DNA from: an uncultured bacterium
GTDB taxonomy: Bacteria > CSSED10-310 > CAZUFC01
Direction of reading: 5' to 3'
Length of the DNA stretch: 64,000 bases
Assembly (NCBI GenBank): GCA_964619725.1
Contig: CAZUFC010000009.1
Span: 1-64,000 of the forward strand
In this document: positions 32,401 through 39,147 of the stretch, piece by piece
Numbering within the stretch: the stretch's first letter is position 1
How the letters are laid out: every line of letters begins with the position of its first letter
Position numbers and translations under genes: made by a program
The notes under the pieces: generated by a model
The model's input: the letters and a program-made list of their open reading frames with translations, nothing else
Database searches by the model: none
Told to the model about the DNA's origin: nothing

Positions 32401-35400
32401 AGCATCATGATCGATAGTCCCTCTGACCGCTATCGCCTGCAACGTATTACCCGTAATCGTGTTGTTTTCATATACCGGAGATGAATCGTCATACTGCCTT
32501 ACGGGATAATTCGAATGACCGGTTATTACATTGTCGAAGAAACGGCAACGGCAATCGCTGAAATATATCCCCGTTTCTCCGTTCGTTATCTCGTTGCCCG
32601 TTACGTAACTCTTGCCGCTGTCGTATATCTCAATTCCCGTTTCCGCTCCGTTTATCACATTATCCGTTATGTCCGGCGTTCCGTAAGGTTCGCCAGGCAA
32701 CGAAGGCTCAACATAAATGCCGTTCCCGCAATCATCGATATCGTTGGCGCTTATCATGCCCAACTGTGATACTGGATTGCAGTTTATCGCCCATTCCGAT
32801 AAATTCCTGAATACGTTGCCGGAAAGATTTATTTCCAGAGGCGGCCAGTAAACGTCACCTTCATTGTAATGGAATCCGTATCCTCCGTTTTCCACGTGAT
32901 TATCCGTAAATTCGACATCCGCTGATACCGTGTCGTAATAAACGGATATGAAATCGCCTCCCCCGAAAATGACGTTTGAGTCCATCACGCTCGAATGCCT
33001 TATAACCGGCGAGCTTTCATAACACCAGACGGAATAGCATCGCCAGGTTTCGTCATCGCCGCTGTCGTCATCCCGCAGTCCCCCATAGCGGACTTCGCAG
33101 TAATCCATTACGCTTTCAGACTTTTCCAGCCTGATGTAACCCCAATCGCCCTCTTCAGGAGTCGTCAACGGACCGTCACCGTTCGTATCGCCGCCGGCGG
33201 AATCGTCGCGGATAGAAGTAAAATATATGCGTTCCGCAGCAGTCCCCTGAGCGAGCAACGTTCCGTGAACCGTCAAACATACTGTCTCTTCGTAACCGCC
33301 GCTGTGTTCCGTATGATCATATTCGAATTTTACGACTACCCCCGGCTCCACCGTCAAAGTCGCGGTCTCGCATATCGTCGTGTCGTCGTCCAGAACATAA
33401 GGACTTTCTGCTGTCGTCCATGTCGTATCCTCGCATATTTCACCAGAAACATGAGTTCCCGGAACCGGCGTATCAATAGGCGTTTCCGTCGGGATGACCG
33501 TGGCCGTCTCCAATACCGTCGGCGTCGAAGTTACGGTCTCCGGCGTAACCGTCGACGTCGGAACGTCCGTCGGCAACGGCGTCATCGTGATCGTCGGCTC
33601 TTCCGTCGGCGCAGCGGTCGGAACCGGCGTGAACGGGTCCTCGCCCAACCACGGCACGTAATCAATATAATCCGTGATATTGTCGCCGGCATCATTGTCG
33701 TTGTGAGACCCGCACGGTTCCTGTATGTCGGAATCATCATCCGGGCCGCCGGCGTCCCCCCACCAGTTGTCTTCCGCCGTTATGCACGTGTTGGTCGAAT
33801 TATACAATGACCAGTTTATGTTGCCTGAAAATTCATTCTCCGTAATATCCATATCCGTTATCGCTGACGGCGACAGATAAATGCCCGTTATGTTTTCATA
33901 AAACTTATTATACTGAAAAAGACTCTCCAACGGAGGCCATTGCGATGAACTCTCGCGGTAATATACGCCGATCAGGTTGTTCTTTACCAGGTTCCCGGTA
34001 AATGTTACCGGTTCGGAAACATTATTAAAATAAATCCCGTAACGGTCAGAACCGCCGTAATCCATATTGGAATCGGTTATCTCACAATAATTGATTTTCG
34101 CCGGTATCTCCTGACACCATACCATCCAGTTGCGCCAGGTCTCGCCGCTGCCTCCATCGTCGTCCCTCAATCCTCCGTAACGGATCACGCAATGCCTCAA
34201 CTCGCTCTCTTCACGGTACAATCGAATATATCCCCAGTCGCCGCCGTCAGGCTGAGTCGAACTTCCATCGGCATTAGTATCGCCGCCGATTTCGTCGTCC
34301 CGTATAGATGTGATGTAAATCGGATCAGATTCCGTTCCCACTGCCGTCAATATTCCGTTCGCCCTTATGCACCTCGTGTACTGATATCCGCCGTAATACG
34401 TCCCGTGATCATACTCCAGCTTGACTATTGCTCCCGGCTCTATCGTCAATGTCGCATCCTCATCAATCGTCAGCATGTCCGTTACAAAATATGGAATATT
34501 CTGCACGTTCGCCCAGTTCACATCGTCGATTATTTCGCCGCCGGCTATTATGCCGCGGTTCAAGTTGCCGCGGATGATGTTCGATGAATAAACGGGATAA
34601 CTGTTCCCATACTGCATCAATGCATAACCGTCATTGTCGATGATGCTGTTGGCCGTCACTTCGCACGCGCTTTCCGTCATATGTATGCCGTAACCGCAAT
34701 CCTCCACGATATTCTGCGCTATCTGAGTCATACCGCCGTTGTATATCCTCATTCCCGTTCCGCATCCGTCCAGATGATTGCCGGTTAACTCCGGAACGCC
34801 GTATTCCGGATCAGAGGAAACGCCCTTCACGTAAATGCCGCCGCCTTGATTGACTATCACGTTTTCGCTTACCTGCCCGGAATGAGAAATCAAATTGCAG
34901 TAAATGCCCCAATCCGTCCCGCCGGATATTTGATTGCCGCTTATGTCCGTCGTTAAACTCAACCACTCGTCCGACGGCTCCGTGTAATATATTCCATACC
35001 CGCCGCCCGTGATCGTATTACCGGAAAAAATCACGTTTTCCTCAACATTGTGGTAAAAAATCGTATAATACGGCTCGCTTCCGTAACTCGTATTCGAAGT
35101 CGTGAAAACGGAATTCGTCACAGAAGGCGACGATTGAAAGCACCAGACCATATAATTCCGCCAGGTTTCGCCGCTGCCTGAATCATCGTCGCGAAGACCG
35201 CCGTATTTGAATTCACAGTAATCCATAACGCTGGCTGAATCCGACAGCTTGATATACGCCCAGTCCCCCTCTTCAGGCTGCGTCGCGGTTCCGTCCGCAT
35301 TCGTGTCTCCTCTGATGGAATCGTCCCTGATCGATGTAAAAATTATGGGAGCGTCTTCAACCCCCTGCGCATCCAGGATGCCTTCCACCGTCATGCCGAC

Positions 35401-36687
35401 CGTATTCTGATATCCTCCTGAATATTCTTCATGATCATATTCGAATTTGATCGCCGCTCCCGGTTCGATCTGAAGAGTCGAACCCGCCGGAACTTCGTAA
35501 CTTGATAACACGACATAAGCCAGTTCATCGAAACCCTGCCATACGCCATGACTTATCGTCATATCACCTTCGACGGCAATCCCCAGTATATCATTGCCTG
35601 TAAAAGAATTGACCAGATAATATGGAAACGAATCGCCCACTTGATGCAACGGATAATCCGTATTTCCCGTGACGACATTCCCGATGACGCGGCAATTGCT
35701 GTCGTCGAAATACATGCCCTTCTCGCCGTTCATTACGTCATTGTAATAGACCAGCGCCGTTCCCCCGTCATGAACCTCTATCCCGGTATCTGCCCCGGAT
35801 ATCGAATTTTCGCTGATGTCAGGGACCCCATATGAATCCCCCGGTATCGATCCGTCAACGTATATTCCGCCCGCGCAGTCCGTGATCGTATTCCCGCTGA
35901 TCCCTCCATACATTGAAACAGGATCGCACTTGATTCCCCACCCTTCGCCGTTCTCAAACGCATTGTCGCTTATCGACGTTACCAGCGGCGGCCAGTAAAT
36001 GTCTCCCTCTGAATAACAGATACCGTCGCCGCCTTCCTGTATCTCATTTCCCGTAAAAGTTACAGACTCAGACACCCCGTCATAAAATACAGATATGAAA
36101 GGACTCTCGCCGTATGTCCTGTTGGACTGCTTCACGCTCGTATTCGTTATTACGGGTGAACTCTGACGACACCATATCGTATAATTGCTCCAGCTTTCTG
36201 ATGAATCCGCGTCGTCGTCACGCAATCCTCCATAACGAAATTCACAATAATTCAACACGCTCGCTGAATCGTTCAACTTCACATAAGCCCAGTCACCGTC
36301 CGCAGGCAGAGTCGCGCCGCCGTCTCCGTTCGTATCTCCCCCAACAGAATCATCACGGATCGACGTGAAATATATAATGTCCGCATCCGTTCCCTGAGCC
36401 TCCAAAATGCCGTTCACAACCATTCCAACAGTCGCTTCATAACCGTCGCTCGAAACCGTGTGATCGTATTCAAATTTTACGATTACTCCAGGCTCAATCG
36501 TTAATGCGGCACCAGAATCGACCGTTACAGTCGAATCTACAACATACGGAGAACCCCCCGTCGCCCATGTCGCATCAGAACCGATCGTACCCGATACATG
36601 CGTCTCCGCATTCGCTGCCGGCGCACTCAAAACGCCGAAAATTACGATTAAAAAAATCACCGAATTTACTCTCATCGAAAAACTCAT
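20461..36687 (-). CDS. About 5400-aa surface protein: 15 beta-helix-containing modules in five ~1050-aa super-repeats, Pro/Thr linkers, IPTL-CTERM-like anchor
   Basis: Signal peptide ending AANA; 15 copies of I(Y/C)FTS.RDD...GDTN.DG...GDW.Y; Asn-ladder parallel beta-helix repeats; NWWGD..GP caps; C-terminus VPALNAQGIFLLMMIL...KKNNR; SD GGAGGAG before ATG36687. Confidence 0.88.
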   Translation of the reverse strand: MSFSMRVNSVIFLIVIFGVLSAPAANAETHVSGTIGSDATWATGGSPYVVDSTVTVDSGAALTIEPGVIVKFEYDHTVSSDGYEATVGMVVNGILEAQGTDADIIYFTSIRDDSVGGDTNGDGGATLPADGDWAYVKLNDSASVLNYCEFRYGGLRDDDADSSESWSNYTIWCRQSSPVITNTSVKQSNRTYGESPFISVFYDGVSESVTFTGNEIQEGGDGICYSEGDIYWPPLVTSISDNAFENGEGWGIKCDPVSMYGGISGNTITDCAGGIYVDGSIPGDSYGVPDISENSISGADTGIEVHDGGTALVYYNDVMNGEKGMYFDDSNCRVIGNVVTGNTDYPLHQVGDSFPYYLVNSFTGNDILGIAVEGDMTISHGVWQGFDELAYVVLSSYEVPAGSTLQIEPGAAIKFEYDHEEYSGGYQNTVGMTVEGILDAQGVEDAPIIFTSIRDDSIRGDTNADGTATQPEEGDWAYIKLSDSASVMDYCEFKYGGLRDDDSGSGETWRNYMVWCFQSSPSVTNSVFTTSNTSYGSEPYYTIFYHNVEENVIFSGNTITGGGYGIYYTEPSDEWLSLTTDISGNQISGGTDWGIYCNLISHSGQVSENVIVNQGGGIYVKGVSSDPEYGVPELTGNHLDGCGTGMRIYNGGMTQIAQNIVEDCGYGIHMTESACEVTANSIIDNDGYALMQYGNSYPVYSSNIIRGNLNRGIIAGGEIIDDVNWANVQNIPYFVTDMLTIDEDATLTIEPGAIVKLEYDHGTYYGGYQYTRCIRANGILTAVGTESDPIYITSIRDDEIGGDTNADGSSTQPDGGDWGYIRLYREESELRHCVIRYGGLRDDDGGSGETWRNWMVWCQEIPAKINYCEITDSNMDYGGSDRYGIYFNNVSEPVTFTGNLVKNNLIGVYYRESSSQWPPLESLFQYNKFYENITGIYLSPSAITDMDITENEFSGNINWSLYNSTNTCITAEDNWWGDAGGPDDDSDIQEPCGSHNDNDAGDNITDYIDYVPWLGEDPFTPVPTAAPTEEPTITMTPLPTDVPTSTVTPETVTSTPTVLETATVIPTETPIDTPVPGTHVSGEICEDTTWTTAESPYVLDDDTTICETATLTVEPGVVVKFEYDHTEHSGGYEETVCLTVHGTLLAQGTAAERIYFTSIRDDSAGGDTNGDGPLTTPEEGDWGYIRLEKSESVMDYCEVRYGGLRDDDSGDDETWRCYSVWCYESSPVIRHSSVMDSNVIFGGGDFISVYYDTVSADVEFTDNHVENGGYGFHYNEGDVYWPPLEINLSGNVFRNLSEWAINCNPVSQLGMISANDIDDCGNGIYVEPSLPGEPYGTPDITDNVINGAETGIEIYDSGKSYVTGNEITNGETGIYFSDCRCRFFDNVITGHSNYPVRQYDDSSPVYENNTITGNTLQAIAVRGTIDHDAHWYGLDEVAYAVISTLTVGSDATLTMEPGTVVKLDYDHGTYSGGYQYTLRMIAHGNLDARGTEADPIYFTSIRDDEAIGDTNGDGGLTHPRDGDWGYVRLSGENNQLEHCIFRYGGLRDDSGGSGETWRDYMVWIYEGAASFTNCIFTDSNVSYGGSSFITVFFDNVTDTCLFTDNVILEGGYGVYYRENTGIWPPPESDISNNVIMGGNHWGIYCDRISHTGQIVNNLIQDQGYGFYVNSALSYAPYGAAAVQWNEIYNAGAGLKIKNGAESIVSMNLIENCGYGLYLEDSSSVVTDNIIINNDQYGLGWFGDGVPTFSGNIIQDNQYPGIATGGEIDDEVTWYDVQEMRRPFVITQTLTIDSSGTLNIEPGVVIKFDYNHYEYSGGYDSTLRMFANGILNAQGTEDQPIYFTSVRDDSVAGDTNSDGAFTTPAGGDWGYMRLSDNDSVLDHCIIRYGGLRDDDGGSGESWRNYMIWCYGASPAISNCIISHSNTGYGGSTRKGVYYESVYEDVHFANNVLHDHETALDYREDDSIWPPLESEITGNYFSDNYTGIYLEPFTNTELSITGNEFSGHTDWALNNGEEICIKAENNWWGDAGGPDDDSDAGEWCGSVNDNDAGEAVSDYVDYVPWTTDEPPTPTPESTATPVHTPAPTATTEPTEPPTATMSVMTATPEPTSTVIPTETPINTPAPGTHVSGEICEDTTWDIAGSPYIIDDDVTICETATLTVDPGVVVKFEYDHSTYSSGYQYTKRLIVNGVLDAQGTESDRIYFTSIRDDTVAGDTNGDGPATTPRDGDWAYIRLFDSSSVMDYCEVRYGGLRDDDSGSGESWRCYSIWCYQSSPAITNTNIIDSNRSYGSGSYISVYYHSVTESIQFNGNTIDNGDYGLYYTEGDAGWPPLEPDISGNAMMGCNNWAIYCPSISMMGQISGNEITDCDDGIYVKSSPPGDPYSVPDITYNVISGTGTGIEVHYGDYAWIYMNEITDGGNGIYCYDSHCIIEENTIAGNTGYPLGQFGNSFPYYYDNNIADNRHWGIATSGSISEDGLWYDVEDLGLAYVVTGDLTIEEGTTLAIVPGMAVKFRYDHGSYSSGYQYTPRMFVRGILDAQATSEQHVYFTSERDDTVYGDTNGDGPLTTPRDGDWGYIRIYNSDNSFEYCEFRYGGLHDDDHGYGETWRDYMVWCYHSSPEFRNCIFMDSNRSYGGSPFYTVYYDNIEEPVIFTDNIIINGDYGLYYHESSDAWPPFASDLSNNVIHGGNNWGIYCEDISHLSQVADNVVYEQGGGIYVNSTLAGELYGAPPILRNEIYDSAAGIQLYNAGESLIADNIVEGSDYGIFLNESSSLITGNMFVYNDGYPIYRYGDGSPTFEYNGIWGNLYPAVAVGGEIDYEVEWHDIQGLGYPTVVLDTVTVDYGGVLTIPAGTVVKFAYDHGSYSGGYQYTSRLSAYGILNADGTAEEPIYFTSIRDDSIAGDTNNDDSFTTPNGGDWGYVMLRDSDSVLDHCIIRYGGLRDDDGGYNESWRNYMVWCYQASPAITNCIISDSNTNYGGGSRFGVYFENITEPIEFTGNYLSNHQTAMYYREADSVWPPLESVIQECKFHNSNIGLYLRPSEYTDVVITDNEFAGNAEWGLDNITEVCVIAENNWWGDVSGPDDDSDLGEWCGSVNDNDGGDSVSDYVDYVPWRSIEPATPTPLGTQAPTEVPTSTYTPEPTSTPAPTEPPTMTPTSAGSITPTAFATATVEPTETPWPTPAEGTHLSGEICEDTTWTQAGSPYVIDDDVSICETATLTVDPGVVVKFEYDHSTYSSGYQYTKRLIVHGVMIAEGTEENRIYFTSIRDDSVGGDTNRDGNDTAPRDGDWGYIRLYNSDSVMDYCDVRYGGLRDDNSGSSETWHDYMVWCYECSPAITNSRFIDANRSYGSSPYIAVYYQRVSEPVIFENNEIQNGDYGLYYNEDEAYWPPLESRINNNVMHGCNHWALYCNDISMDAEIMNNTITDCDYGMYVDAILWYAPYGIPDIAYNEITGCGIAIQTQDGGEGYIYENTIMDCVNGIYCYDSDCVLMGNTVADNSGYPFGQFDSSFPTYVGNTIERNRYSGIVLGGTIEKDGEWTKVQGLELAYVIDGTLTIDNGATVALEPGLALKFFYDHENYSGGYQYTSRLFIKGILETQGTPEQPVYFTSMRDDTVMGDTNGDGAETTPRDGDWGYIRIDNSENNFEYCEFRYGGLRDDDGGSGENWRDYMIWCYHSAPDFTNCTFLDSNRSYGGGPFCTVYYDNADGDVVFSDNVIMNGGYGIYYWEEEDVWPIPTVEITDNVIYGGSDWAFYGGRTSHQGNISGNLIFDQDGGIYVNALRAGEPYGVPPVEWNEMYDTRTGIYIVEAGSEPVGMNTLDRCGYGIYLNDSSCEVVDNLILDNENYPLAWFGHGNPVFEGNGMWGMEYKAIATGKTIGQETNWYDVQGLGWPFVVTETLTIEDDGILNIEPGIAVKLEYDHENYSGGYQYTIRLIANGILNAQGTTENPIYFTSVRDDSVGGDTNADGSATTPAGGDWGYIRLDDSGSILDRCVIRYGGLRDDDGGSGESWRNYMIWCYQASPLISNCRIMHSNRSIGGGTHIGVYFQDVSEPVLFENNLLEDHETALYFREADDLWPPLETRIRHDYFYNNSTGLYLDLNQEHNFIATGNEFSGNTDWAIHNGVDVCVYAALNWWGDVNGPDDDSDVGEWCGGVNDNDAGDAVSDYVQYDPWTDVVPPTPTPTPTAEPTEVPTGTYSPGPTHTPAPTGTATTVPTPGTPEPTVVPTVMPSQTPAGTPAEGTIITGEICEDTTWTAANGPYVIDHDVSICSTATLTIEPGTVVKFEYDHSTYSDGYQYTSRLIVHGVMEALGTENNRIYFTSMRDDTIGGDTNRDGPLTSPRDGDWGYIMLYDSASAMDYCEVRYGGLRDDDAGSGESWRNYMIWCYECAPSITNSVFKDSNRSYGSGSHIAVYYQSVTQPVVFTDNELINGDYGLYYSENTFAWPPLQTVITGNDITGAENWGIYCTPVSHMTELAENVITDGENGIYVKAAINNIDYGAPDVVDNTILNCSGTGIHIYDSYPCLVQNNQILGGNNGIYCTDSDAEITENVISDTEGYTFGQFGDAFPVYADNTIIDNRRYAVAVGGTMTSDITWHDIQGLGLTYVIVSDVAVDYDASLTIDPGMIVKLDYDHYEYSGGYDRTLRLITNGTLTAQGTAEQPICFTSIRDDEIGGDTNADYGNTTPRDGDWGYIKLRSSDSVMEYCEIRYGGLRDDDSGYYETWRNYMVWCYQCAPSITNCLFKDANRSYGGGTKITVYFQEASEKVIFTDNVIENGHYGFYYTEDENAWPPLLSEIRDNEFSGGGTWGIYCGSISQLAVVKNNVLTECGNGIFVRSAIQEYGNPDITDNFIEGADNGIRVEDADQGLISGNMITSGKNGIYCYDGLCSITQNTVIDNTGYPLGQFDASFPEYSDNIIENNRYEAVAAGGTIEDASGAWIDIQGSGMPYVLVSDISVASDAALTIDPGIIVKFEYDHENYSGGYQYTRRLTVNGTLHADGTYEEPICFTSIRDDYAGGDTNYDGFLTTPDGGDWGYIRFNSNAGDSILDNCIIRYGGLRDDDTGSGETWRNYMVWCYESSPTITNCLITDSNQGYGSSTRYGVYYQSVTSEPVIENNYFRNHKTALVYVENSSAELNTVITGNVFDDNDTGFRVDPASASVLSIDENEFYFNESWAAYNASDYCVDALDCWWGDIGGPHDVSTEGNPDCSLVNENPNGQPVSDNINYDPWGATPPPTMTPSPSATPTPLWSFTPTLTPTVTLSPTVTLTPTFSSTPTVTLSPTMTPTATPTYSPTSTATATFTFSPTHTPSYSPTLTPTVTISPTATSGSSYTPTLTPTITSSPTLSPTATSTHTETPTLTPTLDYTSTPTIVPTPAPVPALNAQGIFLLMMILSAFFVKLMTLKKNNR

Positions 36688-36791
36688 GAACTCCTCCCCC
36701 ATGAATTGTCTTCATCTCCCAAACGATGGAAAAACTATTTTTTGATCTACCAGAATCATTTTTCAATAAAATGAAAGGATTACCAATTATG

Positions 36792-36820
36792 ATAATAGGA
36801 ATAAATGTTCCTCATGTCAA
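36792..36820 (-). promoter_or_regulatory. Sigma70-type promoter for the giant surface-protein gene
   Basis: Minus strand TTGACA-N17-TATTAT about 105 nt upstream of the start. Confidence 0.65.
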
Positions 36821-37030
36821 CAGCATGACCGAAAAATACCTTTTCTTTCTGCAAATGAACGCGAAACGCCCCATGCATGAACCGTTTCCGCATGGAATCT
36901 TTTCCACTCCCTTCATCTGAAATCGCTCTCATTTCTCAGAATAAGCGCAATGAGAGCCTTCAGATGCCGGCAGATTCATGACTTGGATTCGAGCAGGCAA
37001 TGCCGGCTCTTTCGATATGATATGCTCTTT

Positions 37031-38671
37031 TCAATCCGTCAGGTCGGTCTCCGGCACACCAGGCGCTTTTTCCTGAAGCCTGAACTGTTCAGAACGCTCC
37101 TTGATAACCCTCCGCAGCCAGTCCTGCGGATATCCTGAATCCTCAATCCCGCCATCCTCACTCTTGACATAACCGTCATTATATTTTGTTATCAACAATT
37201 TACAGAGCTCCCTCCACTCGTCAGCAACTATTTCCGCATGCGAAACCGAATAATCCGTCAGATATTGCACCATTAATTGAGGATTCGTCTCAAACAACTG
37301 CACAGCCGTTTTTTCCACTGCCGGTTGCAGTTCGATAAATTTTCCTTCCAATCTATGTTGAACCGCCTGGATTTCTTTGATCATAATGGAATATTTCAAA
37401 TTGGCGTAATTGGCCGCCAGGTTGAATATCCACCATGCGGAATCGGTTGAAAACTCGCTCAGATTCCCCGCAGCGAAGGAGGAAGGTATCTCATTATTGC
37501 AACAATAAAAAGGAATATAACAGGTGACGTAGGTGTCATCCAGACCGTACCAATATACGCCGCCGATGGGATCGGGAAGGCTGCTCCGGGATTGCGAGAC
37601 GAATGAGAAGGCTGTCTGCTGAGTCGAAACAGGCCGTTCCCAGGCGTATTCGACGTCGTTTGCAGTCCAGTGCATGGGGCGCCACCGGTAAGGTAATCCG
37701 TATGGCCCTGCATCAATTCCTTTCCTCATATCATAATCAGTTCCCTCAAAATGGTCCCGCATGAGATCGAAAACCTTCTTCAAGTCCAGCTTTTCATCCG
37801 GCCTGATCCAAAAGGGATAAGGCTCCGCATCTTCCTCGCCCCGGTAATAGGCCGGCGATAAATTCAACGAAGGAGCCGCCCGTCTGAAGATGCTCCACAC
37901 CCTGCCGTCCGTATAGCGACGGTTTTTCGGCGTCGCCGGGCAATACGCTTCGCAAAAACGAAACGTCCCATCCGTCTCAGGATCATAATAACCCTTTTCC
38001 ACAGCAAAAGAAATCACGTTTTCCGAGTAAAGACAGTTGTCAGGATCATCCATCGGAAAAGCGCCGATCCGCGCCTTGTTGGCATGACACGATATGAAAC
38101 CGTCAGGGACCTTCACCGCGACCCATACCGCTCCGGCGCCTCCCGGTCCGGGACCGATCATCTCCAGTATCCAGGCTTCATGCTTATCTCCAATGGAAAA
38201 AGTCTCACCCGTCGACCGGTAACCATGCTCCTCAACCAGACCAGTCATTACCTCAACCGCTTCCCGCGCCGTAGCCGCACGCTGCAGCGCCAACGACATC
38301 AAATCCCAGTAATGCAGCAGCCCGTCAGGATTCTGCAGCTCCTTCCGACCGTCGAAAGTAGTCTCCCCAATAACCACCTGATGCTCATTCATCAAACCCA
38401 TCACCGCATAAGTGTGACGAACCTGGTCAATCTCGCCCCGAACCTCGCCGGACCAGTCCTTTATCTCGAGCTTCTCCCCCTCTTCATAATCCGCAGCCGG
38501 CGTATAATGCAACCGAGGATGAAACTCGCCGTCGCAGGTATAAGTTATCATCACAGAACCGTCATCCGTTGCCCCGCTCGTCGCCAGTAAATTCGTGCAC
38601 CCCCAACCCTTGGGAATAAACAAAAGAAAACAAAAAATGACTGCCGGCGCCGATATTACCTCCTTTTTCAT
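37031..38671 (-). CDS. Secreted C69-family dipeptidase (Ntn hydrolase)
   Basis: Signal peptide followed by the nucleophile motif CTNLL; MNEHQVVIGETTFDGR, GETFSIGD..EAWILE, WERPVS; SD AGGAGG before ATG38671. Confidence 0.88.
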   Translation of the reverse strand: MKKEVISAPAVIFCFLLFIPKGWGCTNLLATSGATDDGSVMITYTCDGEFHPRLHYTPAADYEEGEKLEIKDWSGEVRGEIDQVRHTYAVMGLMNEHQVVIGETTFDGRKELQNPDGLLHYWDLMSLALQRAATAREAVEVMTGLVEEHGYRSTGETFSIGDKHEAWILEMIGPGPGGAGAVWVAVKVPDGFISCHANKARIGAFPMDDPDNCLYSENVISFAVEKGYYDPETDGTFRFCEAYCPATPKNRRYTDGRVWSIFRRAAPSLNLSPAYYRGEEDAEPYPFWIRPDEKLDLKKVFDLMRDHFEGTDYDMRKGIDAGPYGLPYRWRPMHWTANDVEYAWERPVSTQQTAFSFVSQSRSSLPDPIGGVYWYGLDDTYVTCYIPFYCCNNEIPSSFAAGNLSEFSTDSAWWIFNLAANYANLKYSIMIKEIQAVQHRLEGKFIELQPAVEKTAVQLFETNPQLMVQYLTDYSVSHAEIVADEWRELCKLLITKYNDGYVKSEDGGIEDSGYPQDWLRRVIKERSEQFRLQEKAPGVPETDLTD

Positions 38672-39147
38672 GCACTTCCTCCTGTTGGATAAAAAAACGA
38701 TGCCCTGGTAAAATATATTAATTGAAGTCCGTCGATCAATACAATTATGGATAAAAAATTTCAGAACTCCCGCAGGCATGATATCTCCAGTTTCTGTCCT
38801 CAACGGTCAATTTCCCTCAAGCTGCGTCAGGCTGCGGATTTGTTCAGTCAACGTATAACCAATAATCCGCTTACGCCAAGGCTTCAGCGCGACAGGCGCA
38901 CAGCCTTCGCAAATCCTTGCCTTAAAAAAAATCGGACCGTAAACTTTACGGACGCACCTGGAATGATACCCAGCCCGTCATCTTTGGTACATCGGTCAGC
39001 TCTTACGTATAAAATTATTATCCTGGAATTGATCGAAGCAACAGGTTCAATCTCTGCAATTTTCCGCTGCAGAAAAATTTTATTTGAAATTCAAGCGGAT
39101 TTTTCTGATAATAATATTGGTTTTCACTTGGAAACTCGGGGAAATTT

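Noticed and set aside
11526-36689. Many 60-325 aa ORFs overlapping or antisense to the two giant genes
   Set aside because: Shadow frames caused by codon bias of the real genes; no motifs or start signals.
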